64,000 nt of DNA, taken from NCBI GenBank assembly GCA_051362555.1, contig CM120645.1, forward strand, positions 20,770,001 through 20,834,000, given 5' to 3'. Shown one piece after another: positions 62,749 to 64,000 of the stretch (position 1 is its first letter; the number at the start of each line of letters is the position of its first letter). The notes beneath the pieces were generated by a model. That model had not been told where the DNA came from. It saw only the letters and a list, made by a program, of their open reading frames with translations, and searched no databases. Source of the stretch: Lingula anatina (taxonomy: Eukaryota; Animalia; Brachiopoda). Position numbers and translations under genes: made by a program.

Positions 62749-62784
<36 letters not shown>

Positions 62785-64000
62785 CCTTCACTTTGTCAAC
62801 CCACAGGTCGCTGGATTTTACAAAAATAACACAAAATACGCTGCTCGCCACCCAATCATTCCGAAAAACGTATCATTTACAAATTGTAAATCGGACACAT
62901 ACGTAGATTGACCCCTTCTCAAATCACTGATGTAAAAACAGCAACAAAAAGGTCAGTTAGCTCAGTGGCAAATGCTGAAAAATCTTTTGAATCTTTCCAA
63001 ATAACACAATTTTTTTTATCTTAAAAGCCCTCAAAACTGGGAGAGTAAAACATGTACAGATATCATTAAAGATCCTTCAATCTGACAACAAACAACATAA
63101 ACTTCTCGAAAAAATTCCTCTCGTCGGATCATGTTAAAAAATCATTAAATGAAATGGGTCCGCCTGTTTTTAACCTGTAACGCCAGTTTTAAACCTGACA
63201 GGTGGCTCTGTGTGTGAGGGTTGCTACAATAAACGGGTCAGTGTTTGCGCTCAGCGCAGAATTCCCCCGCAGGAGCACAATGGTCAAACCGGCAAAATGG
63301 AACAACTCTTTGATCAAATAACAATAAGTGCATTATACCGTTTCTACCGTTTACTTTCCAAGCGGGTCGTAGACGATACGTACCAAGACATTTCCTCTCG
63401 TTTTAAGTGTCACATTGACTTATATAAGGCGCAAAGTCGTGTCTCCTGCCCCGTTGGCCTAAATTGAAGCTTAAACCCGGTGGTCAAATGTCGACGAGAA
63501 TTTTAAGCAGGTGAACGTTAATTTTCTTACAGTTGATGCCCACCTGTTGGACTTAATGTAGCTTGTAAATATGACTCTGCTGGTACAAATATCGACAAGT
63601 CAGGTCAATGAGAGGGAGAAAAGGAGAAGACGCTGCACGTCTGATTAAAAAAAAAGAAACTCCGTGAATACGGTCTACATCTCAAGATGCTAAAGACAAG
63701 CGGGGCACATGGGTAGCATAGGACAGGAGGCAAGTGTTTGGTTTCCTGTATCTTATCTTTTCGAGAGCCCACCTTATGATTTTACGATTCACAATACCCC
63801 ATTTATATATAACCCACTTATTGAGCATTTAATGTCGGTCTGATCAAAACTTGACATCAAAACTTATGTCTGTTTGGGTCTTTGTTTTCCCGCGGAAAAA
63901 CGAGGTACGTAAATACGATGGGATATCTTCTCAGTCATATAACGAAATGTCTGCATAGGTAATTAACTGTGTCACATTAACCATAGTCGGGAATAGATTC

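Overview
AT-rich animal genomic DNA, probably a marine invertebrate such as a mollusc (inferred from the repeat types, not proven). Three protein-coding genes are present. (1) GTF3C1 (largest TFIIIC subunit), minus strand: 36 hand-spliced exons with consistent phases from ATG 42445 to 1852 (1895 codons); the C-terminal exons probably lie left of the window. (2) TMEM115, plus strand, 3 exons, head-to-head with GTF3C1 with 660 bp between the ATGs. (3) A chondroitin sulfate synthase 1-like gene, minus strand, with an intronless CDS. The introns carry at least three families of non-autonomous Helentron-type (HINE/DINE-like) elements, nested up to three deep; one family carries arrays of a 146-bp repeat whose monomer contains a consensus nuclear-receptor DR1 site. 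There are also Kolobok-like and other MITEs, and a 5'-truncated Penelope-like retroelement with a TSD, an inverted pLTR and a hammerhead-like motif whose predicted cleavage site coincides with the inversion breakpoint. No CRISPR array, rRNA or tRNA was seen. The repeat classes are known in general; any novelty lies in the specific arrangements. Protein comparisons rely on recalled sequences, not database searches.
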